A stretch of DNA of 64,000 nt from the human T2T-CHM13v2.0 reference genome, Homo sapiens: assembly GCF_009914755.1 (NCBI RefSeq), contig NC_060927.1. One strand, 5' to 3'. The position numbers were made by a program, and so were the translations under genes. This document shows positions 14,945 through 29,883 of this stretch, piece after piece (within the stretch, counting starts at the first letter, position 1; every line of letters starts with the position of its first letter). The notes beneath the pieces are model-generated. The model saw only the letters and a list, made by a program, of their open reading frames with translations, made no database searches and was not told the origin of the DNA.

Positions 14945-15254
14945 CTGTGTTAATACTTCTGGATCACTAGAATTTTTTAAACTATGCATATATTACTATT
15001 ATAATCACACAAAGAAATATCCCCACCGCCCTGCCCCAAATTGGAGTAGTGACCACTAAATGAACATTTAAGAACTAAAGAAATGGGGGAAAAGATAGAA
15101 AAAGCAACATCAGTACTTTTACCCTTTAGTTCTAAATTCAGTGTAATCTATTACAGAAGGATCATTCTTTGATCGGTAGCTATGACTTCCTCAGTGTCAA
15201 AAGATTCACAATGCACACTAGACTGAGAAGTCTTTGAAGGTGAATCATTCTTTA

Positions 15255-15485
<231 letters not shown>

Positions 15486-16829
15486 CTATAAAATAGTAAT
15501 CAAAATGTGTTGGTTAAGCGATGGCAATTTTCATCTCTTCTCCATTTCAAATAAAAAACTCAGTTCCCTCAAAGTGCCACTGCTACCTTCCCAATTTAAA
15601 AAATTCACACATGCTGTGAAAAATTCACCCCTGCCTAGAGTACCCATCAATTACCTAATCCCTCCCTCCCTAGCTAAAGTAATCATTTGGATCTCAGTTT
15701 AAAATAATTTCCACCAGGAAGCTTTTCTTAGTTTCTTATACCATCTCAGTTCGGTCGGCCTATTATGCTATCCTATAGTACATTATATTTCTATTTCCTA
15801 AGTTAGCAAACTTTTGAGTTCCTAGCAATATTTCTCCTTCACACTACATTGAACATGCGATGAAGGCATAGCCTACAAATCTGCACTCTAGTACCAATAT
15901 ATTTACTATGCAAATAAATTCTAATACATTCTACTTACTTTGAGGGAGGAGAATGAAAAATGAAGCCCAGAGGGTAGTTATGGGATTATTCCTTCTGCTT
16001 CTTCCCAAAGACAATAGGTGAGCTCAGAAGTTAAGGGATTAAAGAAGGAAGTGAAAAGTGAATCTTTTTTTAAGTAGCCAGGCAAGGCATTGAAAAATTT
16101 TATTTCTGATTATTCCATTGTTTTTTTTACTTTCTTGTAATCTATAAGCCACATACACGCATGCACAGACACATACATACACACACACACACACAGAGTG
16201 AAAGAGAGAAGAGAGGAGGTAAAGCTGGAACTAAAGGCCAAAAGCAGTTGTCTCAAAGCATGAATTTTCAACATACTTTATGGATGTATTTATTACAAAG
16301 CATATCTTTTCTACAAAGATGGCAAAACCATTAGTTACCTTAGAATAAGACTAACTCTGTCCTGAATACTTATTTTAATAAGATCAAGCCTAAGCAGGCT
16401 GCTTTAGCATCCCTCTAATCTTTCCTTTCTGTATCCTCCCTTTATTCTCTCACCCACATCAGTTTTTCTTCTAAGGCTTTGCTGATAAGAGTTTCACATT
16501 ATCTGTTCCCAAGGAGTGTTTTAACATTACTAAAGTAAAAGTCTATACAAGAAAAAATAAGTCCAAATATGAAAGTGCAGATGCCAGTAACAGATATTCT
16601 GGGGTAGGAAATACTGTGGGCATTACCCTGTTGCTTATTTATAAATCTAGCTCTCCAGAATAAGACACTTGCTGTTTTAAAAATGATTCTCTATAGGATT
16701 GGTCCTGTATCTCATTAACATAAATTGCCTAACATGTAATAATTATATGCACTAGGTAAAATAAAAATTGCTTTACAAGTTTTCCCTTTACTTATACTGA
16801 ATCTCTTAAAACAAAGATAATTTATTTTA

Positions 16830-17050
16830 ATAATAACTAATACTTATACAGCACTTACTCTGGCCTAGGCATCGATCTAGGCACTTTACATATGTGAACT
16901 CTTTTCATCTTCATAATAACTCTATAAGGTAGGTACCACTATTTTGTTTTGCAGATGAGTAAACTGAGGTACACACTGATAGTAAAGAAGCACAACTGGA
17001 ATTCATATCTAGGCAGCTTGGTTCCTGAATTCATGCTTTTAATCACTACA
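16830..17050 (-). mobile_element. MIR SINE
   Basis: Core TTTTGCAGATGAGTAAACTGAGGTACA and CTAGGCACTTTACATAT. Confidence 0.75.
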
Positions 17051-17269
17051 CAAAATTAGTGTTATGAAACATCATCATTAAAAATCAGATTAGCTCAGCT
17101 TTGCCAGTCATCAAACATTCAAAGCCTACACTCTGCATGGGGCTATAAAAGTGTGGGAGAAGTACAGAAGAATGAATAATCTCCTTTCACATGATACCCA
17201 TCTCTCTTTGCATACTCAGATCTCGCTCTCATGAAGTCTGTACAAAGACATTCACCATTAAAAATACAA

Positions 17270-17905
17270 ATACTGTCAACCAAAATGGTTAAAATTAAGA
17301 AATATGAAAACATCAAGGGTTGGTGTGGATAAGTGATGGTAAATTTCACATATTGCTAGTGGGAAGATAAAATGGCATATTTCAGAAAATTGTTTGGCAG
17401 TTTCAACTAAAACGGAACATATAGGCATATGTTCCAATGCTCTAACAATTCTACTCCTAAGTATATAAATGTGTGCATATATCCACAAAAAATGTATGTC
17501 TACAACAGCTTTATTCTTAATTCCACCCAGAAATGTAAACAACCCAAATGCCTATCAACAGGAAAGTGTATGTAAACTGTGGTACACTTATACAATAGAA
17601 TTCTACACATCAATAATAAAAAAAATGAAGTAGCGGTACATGTGCAACATGAATTTCACAGATTTTATTGAGTGGAAAAGGCCAGACACAAGAGTACATA
17701 TTGTATGAGTCTACTTACCCAAACCTTATGTGAAGAGGCAATGAAGAAACCCTATGGGGCTAGAAATGTTCTGTATCATGATACAGGTGGTAGCTACTCT
17801 ACCTATATGTTAGCTACCAATATGGTAGCTATGGTACCTATATATTAAAAACTATCAAACTCTTCACTTAAGATTAATGCACTTTATGCTCTGTATGTAT
17901 TTTAT
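17270..17905 (+). mobile_element. Old L1 (L1MB/MC-like) 3' region
   Basis: Motifs CAATTCTACTCCTAAGTATA, AACAACCCAAATGCCTATCAACAGG and GCCAGACACAAGAGTACATATTGTATGA. Confidence 0.7.
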
Positions 17906-18053
17906 CTCTTAATTACAAAAAGTCCTTTTTAGTAGTAACCTGAAGCCAGTGCTCTTCATACCTTTGCAACAACGGTAGAAGAGTTTTATGTAAACCCCTT
18001 GAAAGTTTAGGAATACAGTAAAGACCCCATCCCATATTTTGTTTAAGTCTCTC

Positions 18054-18345
18054 TTTTTTTTTGTTTTGTTTTTGAGACGGAGTCTCACTCTGTCACCCAT
18101 GTTGGAGTGCAGTGGAGCGATCTCTACTTATGCAACCTCAGCCTCCCGAGTTCAAGCGATTCTCCAGCCTCAGCCTCCCGAGTAGCTGGGACAACAGAGA
18201 GACGCCACGCCCAGGTAATTTTTGTATTTTTAGTAGAGACGGGGTTTCGCATGTTGGTCAGGCTGGTCTCAAACTCCCGACCTCAGGTGATCCGCTCGCC
18301 TCGGCCTCCCAAAGTGCTGGGATTACAGGTGTAAGCCCCTGTGCC
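18054..18345 (-). mobile_element. Alu (AluS-like), CpG-retaining, near the CpG island
   Basis: Antisense Alu dimer with many intact CpGs. Confidence 0.93.
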
Positions 18346-19507
18346 TTAAATCTCTTTCAGTGCACAACCTTCCTGTTTATTCAAAGAAAGGTAATGCTTC
18401 AGAATAGCATACAAAATGCTTAACTCCCGATTTTTAAATTAAACGGACTGCCCTGCTTATTCTGCGGCTTCTGGAGCCTATGCTAATTCAGAAGCAAAGC
18501 CTTAAGCATTTAACAGCTAACACCTTAATTATTAGGTTTGCAGGCACTTCTTAAAATAAAGAATGAAAAAGAGAAAACAAATGTACTTAGGAGATGGGCA
18601 CTTGAAGTAGGGAAAAGAGGAGCACCAGTGAAGCTCAAGATAAGACAGACACATTTAATACAACAGCAGCTTCACTAACAGCTGCTGTTGCTCTACTACT
18701 GGAAATCATTTTTTTCCTGTAATATTTTACAAATTTTTGGCACATTAGTCTTTTATCATAGGGTTAATATAATACAATATATTTTAAAATTATGTTCAAT
18801 TCTACCTTAACAGAGGAAAGCTGTGACACAGAGAGTTAAAATAAGCCTTAATTGAGCTTTAAAAAAATTAAACTGAGGTCAATGTTAGTTTGAATTCCGT
18901 AAATGCAAAACAAATGAAAGCAGAAGATTAAGATCCTAAAACAAACGGAATCGTCTGGACACATATCACTAGAATAGAAAAAAAGGCAATTCAGCATTCT
19001 AAGATTAAAAAACTGTAAGCAATGTATTTTGGTAAAGAAAAAGGATTACGCTTACTAGGAAGGGGAAGTGCTTCTTAATGTTGAAATAATGTTTTTCAAG
19101 TTTGAGTTCAACCCGAGTTCAAGTAAGAGCAGTAAGCAACAAATTCAATTATAGATTACCGAAGGGCAAAACCAAGTTTTAATCATGACTTTCCGTCACT
19201 GAGAATAGTTGTGTATTGAGGGCTTGGTTTCGTAGAAAAACCAAAACTAGAAGCAAAGGAAAAGATAAAGTTCCGAGCTTTTTCCGTTACCTACTCGAAA
19301 CAACCTGAACTTCCCAACCTTTTGCCCCACTCCCGCTTTTCCTAGAGCCTTCAGTGAGCGCTCTTGCCTCTCGCTGCGGCCAGCGGAACCCCGACACTCA
19401 CTAGCCTTTACCAGTACGAAAAGACAACAGAGGGATCGAAGGACTGTCCTTTCTTTCCCAGGCTGGGGCCGCCACTCCTCGGCCTCACTGTGAAATAAGA
19501 ATTGCTA

Positions 19508-19702
<195 letters not shown>

Positions 19703-19974
19703 TTAGCTTTCGCCGCGCTTTTTTTGATTTTCGGCCCCACCCCCTCGCTCTCAGAAGCTTCCGGATCCGGTCGGGCTCCGGAAGTCCCTAGGCACCCTAG
19801 GGGACCGTTCTCGGTGACGGCCGGGGTGGGCCAGGGGTCGAGGTGATTTGTGGGTCCAGGACGGGGGTTGGGAGCTGCCCCCGCTAACCCACCCTCGTCT
19901 GAGAGGCCGCGAGGTTTCGGCCTGAGATCCCGTGAAGGCGAGAAATCTCGCGATTTCTCGGGAGAGGAATCGGT

Positions 19975-20112
19975 TAGGAGAAGGGGGATTCCTCACTCAG
20001 CTGTGCGCTCTGATTTCGTGCGCTTCCTCGTCCTTCATGTTGGATGGCCAGTTTTTCGTTTGTGCGTCATCCTCTACCTGAGAAATGGTCGCTTGCCCCT
20101 AGTCTAGACACG
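19975..20112 (+). other. DZIP3: DZIP3 non-coding exon 1 (start approximate)
   Basis: Donor ACG|GTGAGG at 20112/20113 in the CpG island, oriented toward the exon-2 acceptor at 35607. The TSS cannot be fixed from sequence alone. Confidence 0.75.
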
Positions 20113-21988
20113 GTGAGGAGCTCTGAGGAGAAGAATCTTGGGCCCTAGATTTTGAGGCGGCCTGGGAGGGGCCTCGTTTTTAAATCTCTCCTACACCCGC
20201 CCCTTCTGCCCGGGGATGGTAGTTTCTCAGAGTCAACCTATTGGCATTATGTGGCAAATTAGTCATGCCCTGACCAAAGTATTTGTCACATTTATTCGAG
20301 AAGACTACCTCCTGCTGACCCTGGGCCAGGTATTGCTCCGGAGGGTGTTACTCGTTAGCGTCAGTTTTTGTAAGTGAAGGTGTCTGTTTCTCTCTGGCAT
20401 GATTGATTGTTTTATAATTCTCGATGTCTACGAAAATGGCACTATTATTTGCGTTTTTTAAATCGGAGATAGCTTAATATTATTGCATGTGTATGTAATG
20501 AAGCGAGTCAGTTACTGGTTTTGGAGCTTTTTGCTTAATATTTCCTAACGTCGAATAAAGCTTTAAAAACCAGGATGTAGAAATTGTAAGAATAGGGTAC
20601 ATTTCCATTTAATTAAATCGTTTATCAGAAATCATGTTTTTTCACTTCAAAAGAATTTTTTTGAATTACTAGATTTTTGAAGACAGGTTTGGTGTTTTGG
20701 TTTTGTTTTTTATAAAAGTTTAAATCTGAAAGATAAAAATGATTTAACCAGTTGGGACATTCATGTAAAAATCTTTGGGTAGCTTGTGTGTTCATTTATG
20801 CTTTCATTCATTCCGTAAACAATTATAGAGCGTGTAACATGGGTTAGAAACTGCCAGTCAGGGAACAGAGATGAAGTAGTATCCCCTGCTGCGAGGGAAC
20901 TGTCTAGTAAGGGAAACATACAAAATAGTACTTTTGAAATTCACCACATAAATGAGAGGCACCATGCAGTAACATGCAGCAGTGGTAAAGAGTAGAGAGC
21001 CAGGTTGCTTACAGATTCTAGCTCCACCTTTGACGATGTGACTCTAGGCAAGTTCTCACTGCTGCAGAATCTTCATTAGGTAAAATCTGGCCAAGGGAGA
21101 TACCTGGTTCATAGGACTGTTCATTCAATAAGTAGTTCATTGAGAATCTACAATGTGCTAAGCACTTTTCTAGACACAATAGACTCAGTGAAAAAAACAA
21201 AAATACTACTGGCATGCAACTTACATTTTGGTAGGGAACCAAATAATAAACACAATAAATAAGTAAGGAAAATGATATAAAGAGAAAAATAGACGTTATT
21301 ACTCTAGAATAATGTTGGTAATTGATAAGGGAAATGGGAAGGTGACCTCATTAAGAAAGCAACATTTGGGGAAATGCTTCAAGGAGTTGAGAAAGGGAGC
21401 CATATTCTATGGGAAAAGGTTTTTAGATAGAGGAAATGGCAAAGAAAGACCCTAAAGTGGGATACTGTATGCCAGAAACAAGGATGCCATGTGGCTAGTG
21501 TAGAAAGAACGAGGAGGAGAGGAGTAGAGATGAGGTCCTATACGGTCTTGGAGATGGTTAAAAAATGAATTAATGTAAAGTGTCAGCTGTCATCTGGCAT
21601 AATTAAGTTCTCAGTGTTACAGTCAGTGCCTCATTGGCAAATGAAGTGATCAGAGTTTGATAGTGTTGGACTTTTCATCTGTGATGATGTGTCAGCATCG
21701 TCCCCATTCAGAGGCCCAGGGTAATGCGCAAAGCTGCGTGCTATCAGTGCCATCTTTGTTGGATTTTGACTTAAGCAGTCATACAAATTTTGTATTCTCT
21801 TCTGTAATTAATATCAAATGTCTTTCTCAAAAAATCTTCACCAAAATTGATGTTGTAAGTTTAGTAAGAGGGATCGTTTCTAGCTGTGATAAGTCTTGAC
21901 ATTTTTAATCAGAGATACTTGCATATCCTAATTTGAGAAACACCAATCCATACTTTTAGGCCTCAAAAAGGGAAGAAAAGGAGCAGGA

Positions 21989-22270
21989 GGCCAGGAGCAG
22001 TGGCTCACGCTTTTAATTTCCAGTTTTTTGGGAGACTAAGGCAGGAGGACCTTGAACCCAGGAGTTGGAGCCAGCCTAGGCAACATAGTGAAACGCCATC
22101 TCTACAAAAAATGAAAAAATTAGCCGGGCATGGGTGTGCTCACTTGTAGTCCTAGCTACTCTGGAGGCTGAGTTGGGGGGATCACTTGAGGCTGCAGTGA
22201 GTGTGATTGTGCCACTGCACTGTAGCCTGGGTGGCAGAGTGAGACCCTGTCAAAAAAAAAAAAAAAAAAA
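21989..22270 (+). mobile_element. Alu (AluJ-like)
   Basis: Diverged dimer with poly(A) tail. Confidence 0.92.
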
Positions 22271-22665
22271 GAGATGAGTCTGGGTCCCAATGACCAAAGG
22301 CCTTATTAGCCTTAAACTTGGACTCCATCTTGAAGTCCGTGGCAATCTCTGGTTTTAAACTGGCACCTGGTCTAGTCAGGTTTGTTTTTAGATTGATTAC
22401 TCTGGTAGCTGAATGAACTATGATTTTGGGGAGGATAAGACTGGAAAGAGGGACACTAATTTTCTGGAACCTTCTAAAGGATAACCAGGATAATTGAGGT
22501 GGAGATACAAAATAGGTGACAAATTCGAGAAGTATATATGAAGTAAAATAGGTAGGATTTGGTGACTGATAGTGGATGTGAGGCATGAAGAGAGGGATGA
22601 GTCTAGCAGATACTAAGTTTTTAGGTTGGATGAATGAGAAGATACAGATACTGCTGAGTTAGTTA

Positions 22666-22998
<333 letters not shown>

Positions 22999-23942
22999 GT
23001 ATTCAGGTTATATTTTATGTTCAGTGAGATTTTATATAGTTTGTCATACTGTCTTGTTCCATTCTTATTATGTTTATTTATCATTACGTTTATTCTAATA
23101 GAGATTGGTTTACTTAGACTTTCTGCCTATATATCATCTGCAAATAATTACCTCACCCCTTCCAGTATTTGTTGTCTTACATTATTGCATTAGTGTAAGC
23201 TCCAAAATATGGAAAATCATGTTAACTTTGAACAGCTTTTTTACATAATTTAATGAGAATGAACAGTGTTTTAACACAGTATAATTTGTGCTATTGGCTT
23301 TTGATATTCATCATGTTTAAGAGATTGGCTTTTATATCTGTTTCATTCTAAAAAATGTCTGCCAAAAATTATCCAGTTTTCACATTTATATATTTTATTT
23401 TTCACTTTAAAATTATAACACAGTGGATTATGTTGCCTTTTTGTTCTTGGGATAATAATAGTTTACACTTATTGAGCATTTGCCATGTGCCAAGCACTGT
23501 CCTAAGGACTTTCTACTTACCTATCTAATCTTTATAACAACCCCATGCTGTAGGAACTATTATGATTTCCATTCTAGAGATGAAAAAACTAAGATAGGAA
23601 GGGGAAGTAATTTGCCCAAGGTCACGTAGACAGTAGTAACAATCCTATGTTTTTCTTTGCTTCAGGTTTTGATTTGCTGGTATTTTATTCAGGATTTTAT
23701 TATATACCTGTTCATAAGTGAGCATTTTCAGTAATATTTTTCTTTATTCTCACATCAAATTTGAATTATATGTTACCATTGAAAAAGAAATTGGAAGTGT
23801 TTCATCTTTTTTTATGCTATGGGATAATAAGAATCATAGAAATTATCTGATCCTTGTAGGCTGTACACAGCTGTCTTGTAAAATCATTAAGCTTGATAGC
23901 TTATTTAGTGGTAGATGGTAGAAATTTAGCAAATATTTGAAT

Positions 23943-24237
23943 TTCTTTCTTTTTTTTTTTTTTTTTTTAATATGGTTTCACTCTGTTGCCCAGGCTGGAG
24001 TGCAGTGGCATGATCACGGCTCATTGCAGCCTTGACCTCCCCGGGCTTATCTTCCCACCTCATCCTCCCTGGGAACACAGGCATGCCCCGCTATGCCAGG
24101 ATAATTTTTCTATTTTTTGTAGAGATGGGGTTTCACCATGTTGCGCACGCTGGTCTCGAACTCCTGGTCTCGAGTGATCCGCTCGCCTCAGCTTCCTAAA
24201 GTCCTGGGATTATAGGCATGAGCTAACATGCCTGAGC
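23943..24237 (-). mobile_element. Alu (AluJ-like)
   Basis: Antisense dimer, TSD TTGAATTTCT. Confidence 0.9.
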
Positions 24238-24724
24238 TTGAATTTCTAGTATAGTTACGGATCTGATCATTTATTCTGCCTTTCCTTAATTGTAGATATA
24301 GAGCTTTTTAGCATAATAATTGCTTCTCTATATTAAAAATTTACCGATAAAAAGTTGCATTCAGCATTCCAGTAATTCTCTTAATCTCTTAGTAGTTTTA
24401 AATTTCCATTTTCATTCTAATGTTATCTATATTTTTTTCTTAGTTGGGCTTTCCAAGGGTTTGTCCATTTTATTCAGCTTTTCAAGAACCAACTTTCATT
24501 TTATTAATTCTCATTTTTCTTTGATTTCAGAATCACCACTGTTGTCTTTATTAATTTCATCCGTATACATTCATCTTTTATTTACTTTGTTGTTTTTCTA
24601 GGTTTTTAAAAGTTGAAGTCTTAGTACACCTAGGTTTTTAAAAGTTGAAGTCTTAGGACATCTCTCTCTCTCTCTCTCCCCCCTCCCCTCCCCCCTCCCT
24701 CCCTGCTCCCCCCCCATATATATA

Positions 24725-25063
24725 TAACTTTCAAGTTTGGGGTACATGTGCAGGTTTGTTACATAGGTAAACTTGTGTCATGGGAGTTTGTTGTACAGAT
24801 GACTTCATCACCCAGGTTTTAAGCCTAGTACCTGTTAGTTATTTTTCCTAATCCTCTTCCTCCTCCCACCCTCTGCCCTCCGATAGTGCCCAATGTGTGT
24901 TGTTCCCCTGTATGTGTCTATGTGTTCTTTCCGTTTTGCTCCCATTTATGAGTAAGAATATGCGGTATTTGATTTTCTTGCATTAATTTGCTAAGGATAA
25001 TGGCCTTCAGATCCACGCATGTTCCTGAAAAGGACATGATCTCGTTCTTTTTTATGGCTGCAT
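24725..25063 (-). mobile_element. L1PA-type 3' end, antisense, 5'-truncated
   Basis: GGGGTACATGTGCAGGTTTGTTACATAGGTAAA and GGACATGATCTCGTTCTTTTTTATGGCTGC. Confidence 0.88.
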
Positions 25064-25476
25064 TCCTTAGTATATTTTTAAATAAAAATCATTTATTTTA
25101 TGCCATGTATTTTATATTTTGGTTTTGTTTTGTGTTTTTTTCTTCACAGCAGAAAGTAAAGGCTAATAGACCAAAAACTTTTAAAAAGACAGTAGCTAAA
25201 GTAAACATCTCCATTTCACTTAAAAAATGTATAATAGTTTTAACCAGTCAGGTAAATACATTTTTAAATGCTAATAGTCATTTATTCATCAAATGTTTAT
25301 TGAATGCCAGTTCTTTTTCAAAGAGATTAGATTTTGTTGGTGAAATAGACAAACCAGAATAAGTACTGTTAAGAGAAATAGAATACTGTGGAAACACATG
25401 GTATTTTTTAGGGTAAAATATTAAGTATCCACTTCCTTCATTCTTCAAAGATTAGCATAAAATTTCTCTTTGTGAT

Positions 25477-25786
25477 TTTGTTGTTGTTGTTGTTGTTGTT
25501 TTGTAGGGGAGACAGCATCTCACTTGGTTGCCCAGACTGGAGTGCAGTGGCATGATTAATAGCTTATTGCAGCCTCTAGCTCCTGGGCTCAAGTAATCCT
25601 CCCACTTTAGCCTCTGAGTAGCTGGGACTACAGGCATGCACCACCACACCTGCCTAATTTTTAAATTTTTTTTAGAGACAGGGTCTTGCTATGTTGCCTA
25701 GGCTGGACTCAATCTGCTGGCCTCAAGCAATCCTGCCTCAGCCTTCCAAAGTGCTGGGATTACAGACATGAGCCACCACACCCACC
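25477..25786 (-). mobile_element. Alu (AluJ-like) with (TTG)n tail
   Basis: Antisense dimer. Confidence 0.92.
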
Positions 25787-28700
25787 TGTAAAGTTTTATT
25801 ACTTGTCTGTACTTTAGATTTTGCATAGATATTTTCCGTAATTTATAGTTTCAGAAATACACCTGATGGAAGTAAATAACACTTGCTCGGCATCTTGTAA
25901 CTCAAATTTAGGGCTGTCTAGCTCCTTTATTTCTTCTGGAAAAATCTAGAAAGAACATATTGTCTTCTATCCTGAATATATAATCTCTAGTAACCAGGGT
26001 TTAAGTAATAGTAGATGAATTAGACTGAATGAAGACTTGAATTATAGCTTTGACAGAACTGCAGAGTTTGCAGAATACTAAGTTTTGTAATATGGGAATT
26101 ATACCGGGGTGTGAACACAGGGCTAATTGTTCATTCATTCATCTCCTGTATATTTAATGAACACTTGATGCTAGGTCCATTTCTAGGTTCTGGGAATACA
26201 GCAATGAATCAAATAGACAAAAATTTCTGCCCAAGTTGTTTTCTTATAATGGAGGATATAGACAATAAGGCATATAAGTAAAATTACATGAATGATAGCG
26301 GTAAGTATTAGGGAGTGAAAAAAGGGAGGAGGAATAGGAAGTATCAAAGTCAGGATAAGGTGTTACAATTTTAGATAGGATGGAGTACTAATTGATGTAT
26401 GCCAAATAACAAATCACCTCAAAACACAGTGGTTGAGACCATGAGCGTTTATTTCTTGCCCACAGATTTGTGGTTGACTGCAGTTTGTCTGCTCCAGGCC
26501 TGATTTGACTGGGTGGCTGTGCTTCAGCCTTTTCGTGGAGAGGGGCAGATACCTGGATTTCTATTTAGGTTATGTTGTGATGTTAGACATCCAGGAGAGA
26601 TTGAGTAGGCTATCAAATTACTGGTAGTTAAAGGAGCGGTCAGGGTTGGAGATAGAAATTGAAAGCCTTGAGACTAAATGATATAGGACCAAGTATGGAT
26701 AGAAAAGACTTTTTAGGACTGAACTCCCTGATATTTAAGTATTTAGAGGTTGGAGAAGTGTGGAGGAACTGGCAAAGGAGACAGAAGTTAACTGCAAGAA
26801 GACACAGGTTCTGTCTTGACGCCATGGTTGCCTACAGGTACCAGCTTTACTTGTAGCATATGAGCTGCCTCTTGACTTCTAAAGGAGAATTTTAGGTTGG
26901 CCAAGAAGGCTGTTACAATCTACACACGGGCTCCCTCTTTACATCTGCCTTCAGAGGCCTTGAGGTGTGCAGAAGGGTGGGTGAGTTCATTTTTTAAAGC
27001 AATATTGAGTGCTTAACGTGTGCCAGGTGCTATTCTAGGCACCAAGGAATGAAAACAAAGTTTTCCTAACTTCATGGGGCTTATATTCTAGTGGGGACAT
27101 GAAGCCAAATCTAAAACTGAGGGATTATTCAGTAGACATAAACGGCTGGTAGAACAAAAGTTTCACTGGCCCAGTTTCTAAAGCATGAAATCAGAAATCC
27201 TGCAGTAGAAAATTGGCACAGGTCTAGGCATGGGGTCATTTAGATAACCATGTGCCCAATATAGCTAAAATAATTCAAATGCTAATATTAATCTGATTCT
27301 ACCCCTTATGCAGAGTCAGGAAACTAAGTGTATGATTAGTGTCAACTCATATTTTTCAGAAATGTTACCTTTGTCACAAAGCCAGAAAATCTAAAAAAAA
27401 TTAATTCTCCTTTTACAATTATTTTTCCTGTTTTCTTTCACAAGTATCAAGTATTACAGTTCAGCTAAACTCTAAATGATTTGCCCAACCATGAAGTTAA
27501 CTTTCACTTTTCAAACAGTTTCTGCTTTTTCTTTTTATACATTTCACAGCATTCAACTTTAGGTTAAGAGTACAAGGTTTGAATATTTTGAGTATATATT
27601 CCCCCATTTTCATATCTTATACCACATCTCAAATCTAATCACATCTATCCCAGAATAAGAATGTTGCCTTGCCTTTTTTTTTTAATGCAAGTACTATCCA
27701 TTGTTTCTGAATCCAGTGTTAAGTATAAGTAGAGTGTAAGTAAAGATGAAAATGATATACTTTTAAGTTAAGGAACAGTAATCCTGGTAATTACTATTTC
27801 TTGAAGACCTATCTTCAAGATAGGTGCAGAGCATGGGTCTTTGCTTATCTCACTTTTAAATTTCTGGTCTTTCAGAAAATAAATACTATCAGGCTTATGA
27901 AATGAGTGGATATCTATTTCCTGAATTAAAATGTGAAGCTGTTTTCGAAGACAGTAGTGTCCAGAGTACAGTATGCACACCTCAGGGGATATGTGAAACT
28001 GTCCATTGAGGTGTGGGAACAAATATTAAAACGTTTTTTACTTGCTTTTATCTTATTCTTTTTTTATGTTATAATAATTATGCCTGCATATAATTTATAA
28101 GTGAATTGATATTCTTATATTTTCAGCATATTCTCAGATCTTTTACTGTTTTAGGGCTATGTGATCAAAAAAGTTTGGAGATTTCATTTTTAAAAATCTT
28201 TAACTTTGAGAGATCATTTAGCCAGGTGTGAACTATTGTCCATTTCATTGTTTATTTCAGTACCATGTATAGTATCTGAATTGTTTTGTTGAATAGAAAA
28301 ACTCTTAGCAAAAACTAGTGTGACTAGTGACTATGAAATATTAGGCTGGCATGATTAATAACTTTTATAGTATTACTAAGAATGTGTAAATAGTTTCATT
28401 TCTGAGTATGCATATGTGCATATTATCTAGTCCAGCTCATAATTATACACTAAGCTTATATAAAATTAAATATGTTACTAGAAGTAATGGGACATGGAAG
28501 AAAATAGAATTGCAGTTGGTAAAATTTGGGCATGAATTTCTGCTCTTACGGATTTATTAGCTATGAGACTCTATAAGCCTCAGTTTCTTAATTTTTAAAA
28601 CTTATTACAATAATGTTTATCTTCCATAGTTGTGTAAAGATCAGATGTTTATTCAAGGTGCATAGCTTAGAGCGTGGCACATAGGAGCTGATGAAAATTA

Positions 28701-29883
28701 AGCTTATTTTCAATGCAACCCAAGGTAATACACTCAGTTAATACTATATGAAAAGAAACTCTTTATAACCAAAAGCTCGCTCTGCCTTCTTACCTACACG
28801 CTTCTTACAAATGTATGCTTTTCTGAGATAACAGTGAGCTGCCAATTTTCTTACATGGGGTGGAGCAAGCTGGAGGTGGATAGGGCAAGCTTTCATTGGT
28901 GGTGGTAGAGGCAAGTACATGAAAGAAGTATTCCCATTCCCTATTTGATTACCATCTCTGCGTGCGTTATGTCTCAGGATTCTCCCTTCTTTTCTCATTA
29001 TCTAACAACTATAATGACAACATAATATTTTTAAATTGCTGAAAATATTCCACCTTTGGAGTATGTGCTTAGGGGTAGCATATGCTTCTTCCAGTGGTTT
29101 CTAGCTACGTTTCTGAAGAGTGTGGTTTTAGCAGTGCTATCTGTAAATGTTTGAAACTGATGGCTTGTTTAGTATCTGGATAGTTTTTCAGGTAAATCCT
29201 AACTTGTGCATATTCATTGTAGGCACATTCCAACTATTCAAAACAAATTAATATGTATACTATAGGTTTACCTGTGTAAGTCCAAAAGTAACTAATTGAA
29301 TAGATCTGAACAGAATTTAAAACCTGCTTAAGACAAGATGTTAATTTTGCTTTAGGAAAGGATGTTTCCCATGTTGGCAGATTTGTAACAAGGGGTGATG
29401 AGTATACATTATAAGGCACTTATTTCCTGGTTTAAGCAGATATATTGCTAACAGTGATCTTTGCAAAGTGGCAAGAGCTAACATAAACAGTGATCTTTTG
29501 GGATAGAAAATATCTTCCAGTTTCTGATAACTTTTGCAAAGATTTTTCCACCATCATCCATAAGTTCTGGAGTTTGAATAAGCAAACTGTATGTTCTTTG
29601 GGAGCAAATAATATTTTAGCTACTGGTGTCTAGGTGTATTTATTTTGTAGCTTTACCAGGAAGTTAAACAAATTAAAAAATGGAGAAATTAACAGTAAAT
29701 TATAAAACCAAGTAATCAGTATATTTTGTTCATACTAATTATTGCTAATACAAAATAATGGTGCAACTTGTTAACTTGTTATTCTTTGAGTCTAACCTAA
29801 TGGCCTCAGCCATTTTTGTCTACACAGAGCTCACTAACATACGAGAAATAAAGACTTTCATAGTGCTGTAACCACAGAACAAC

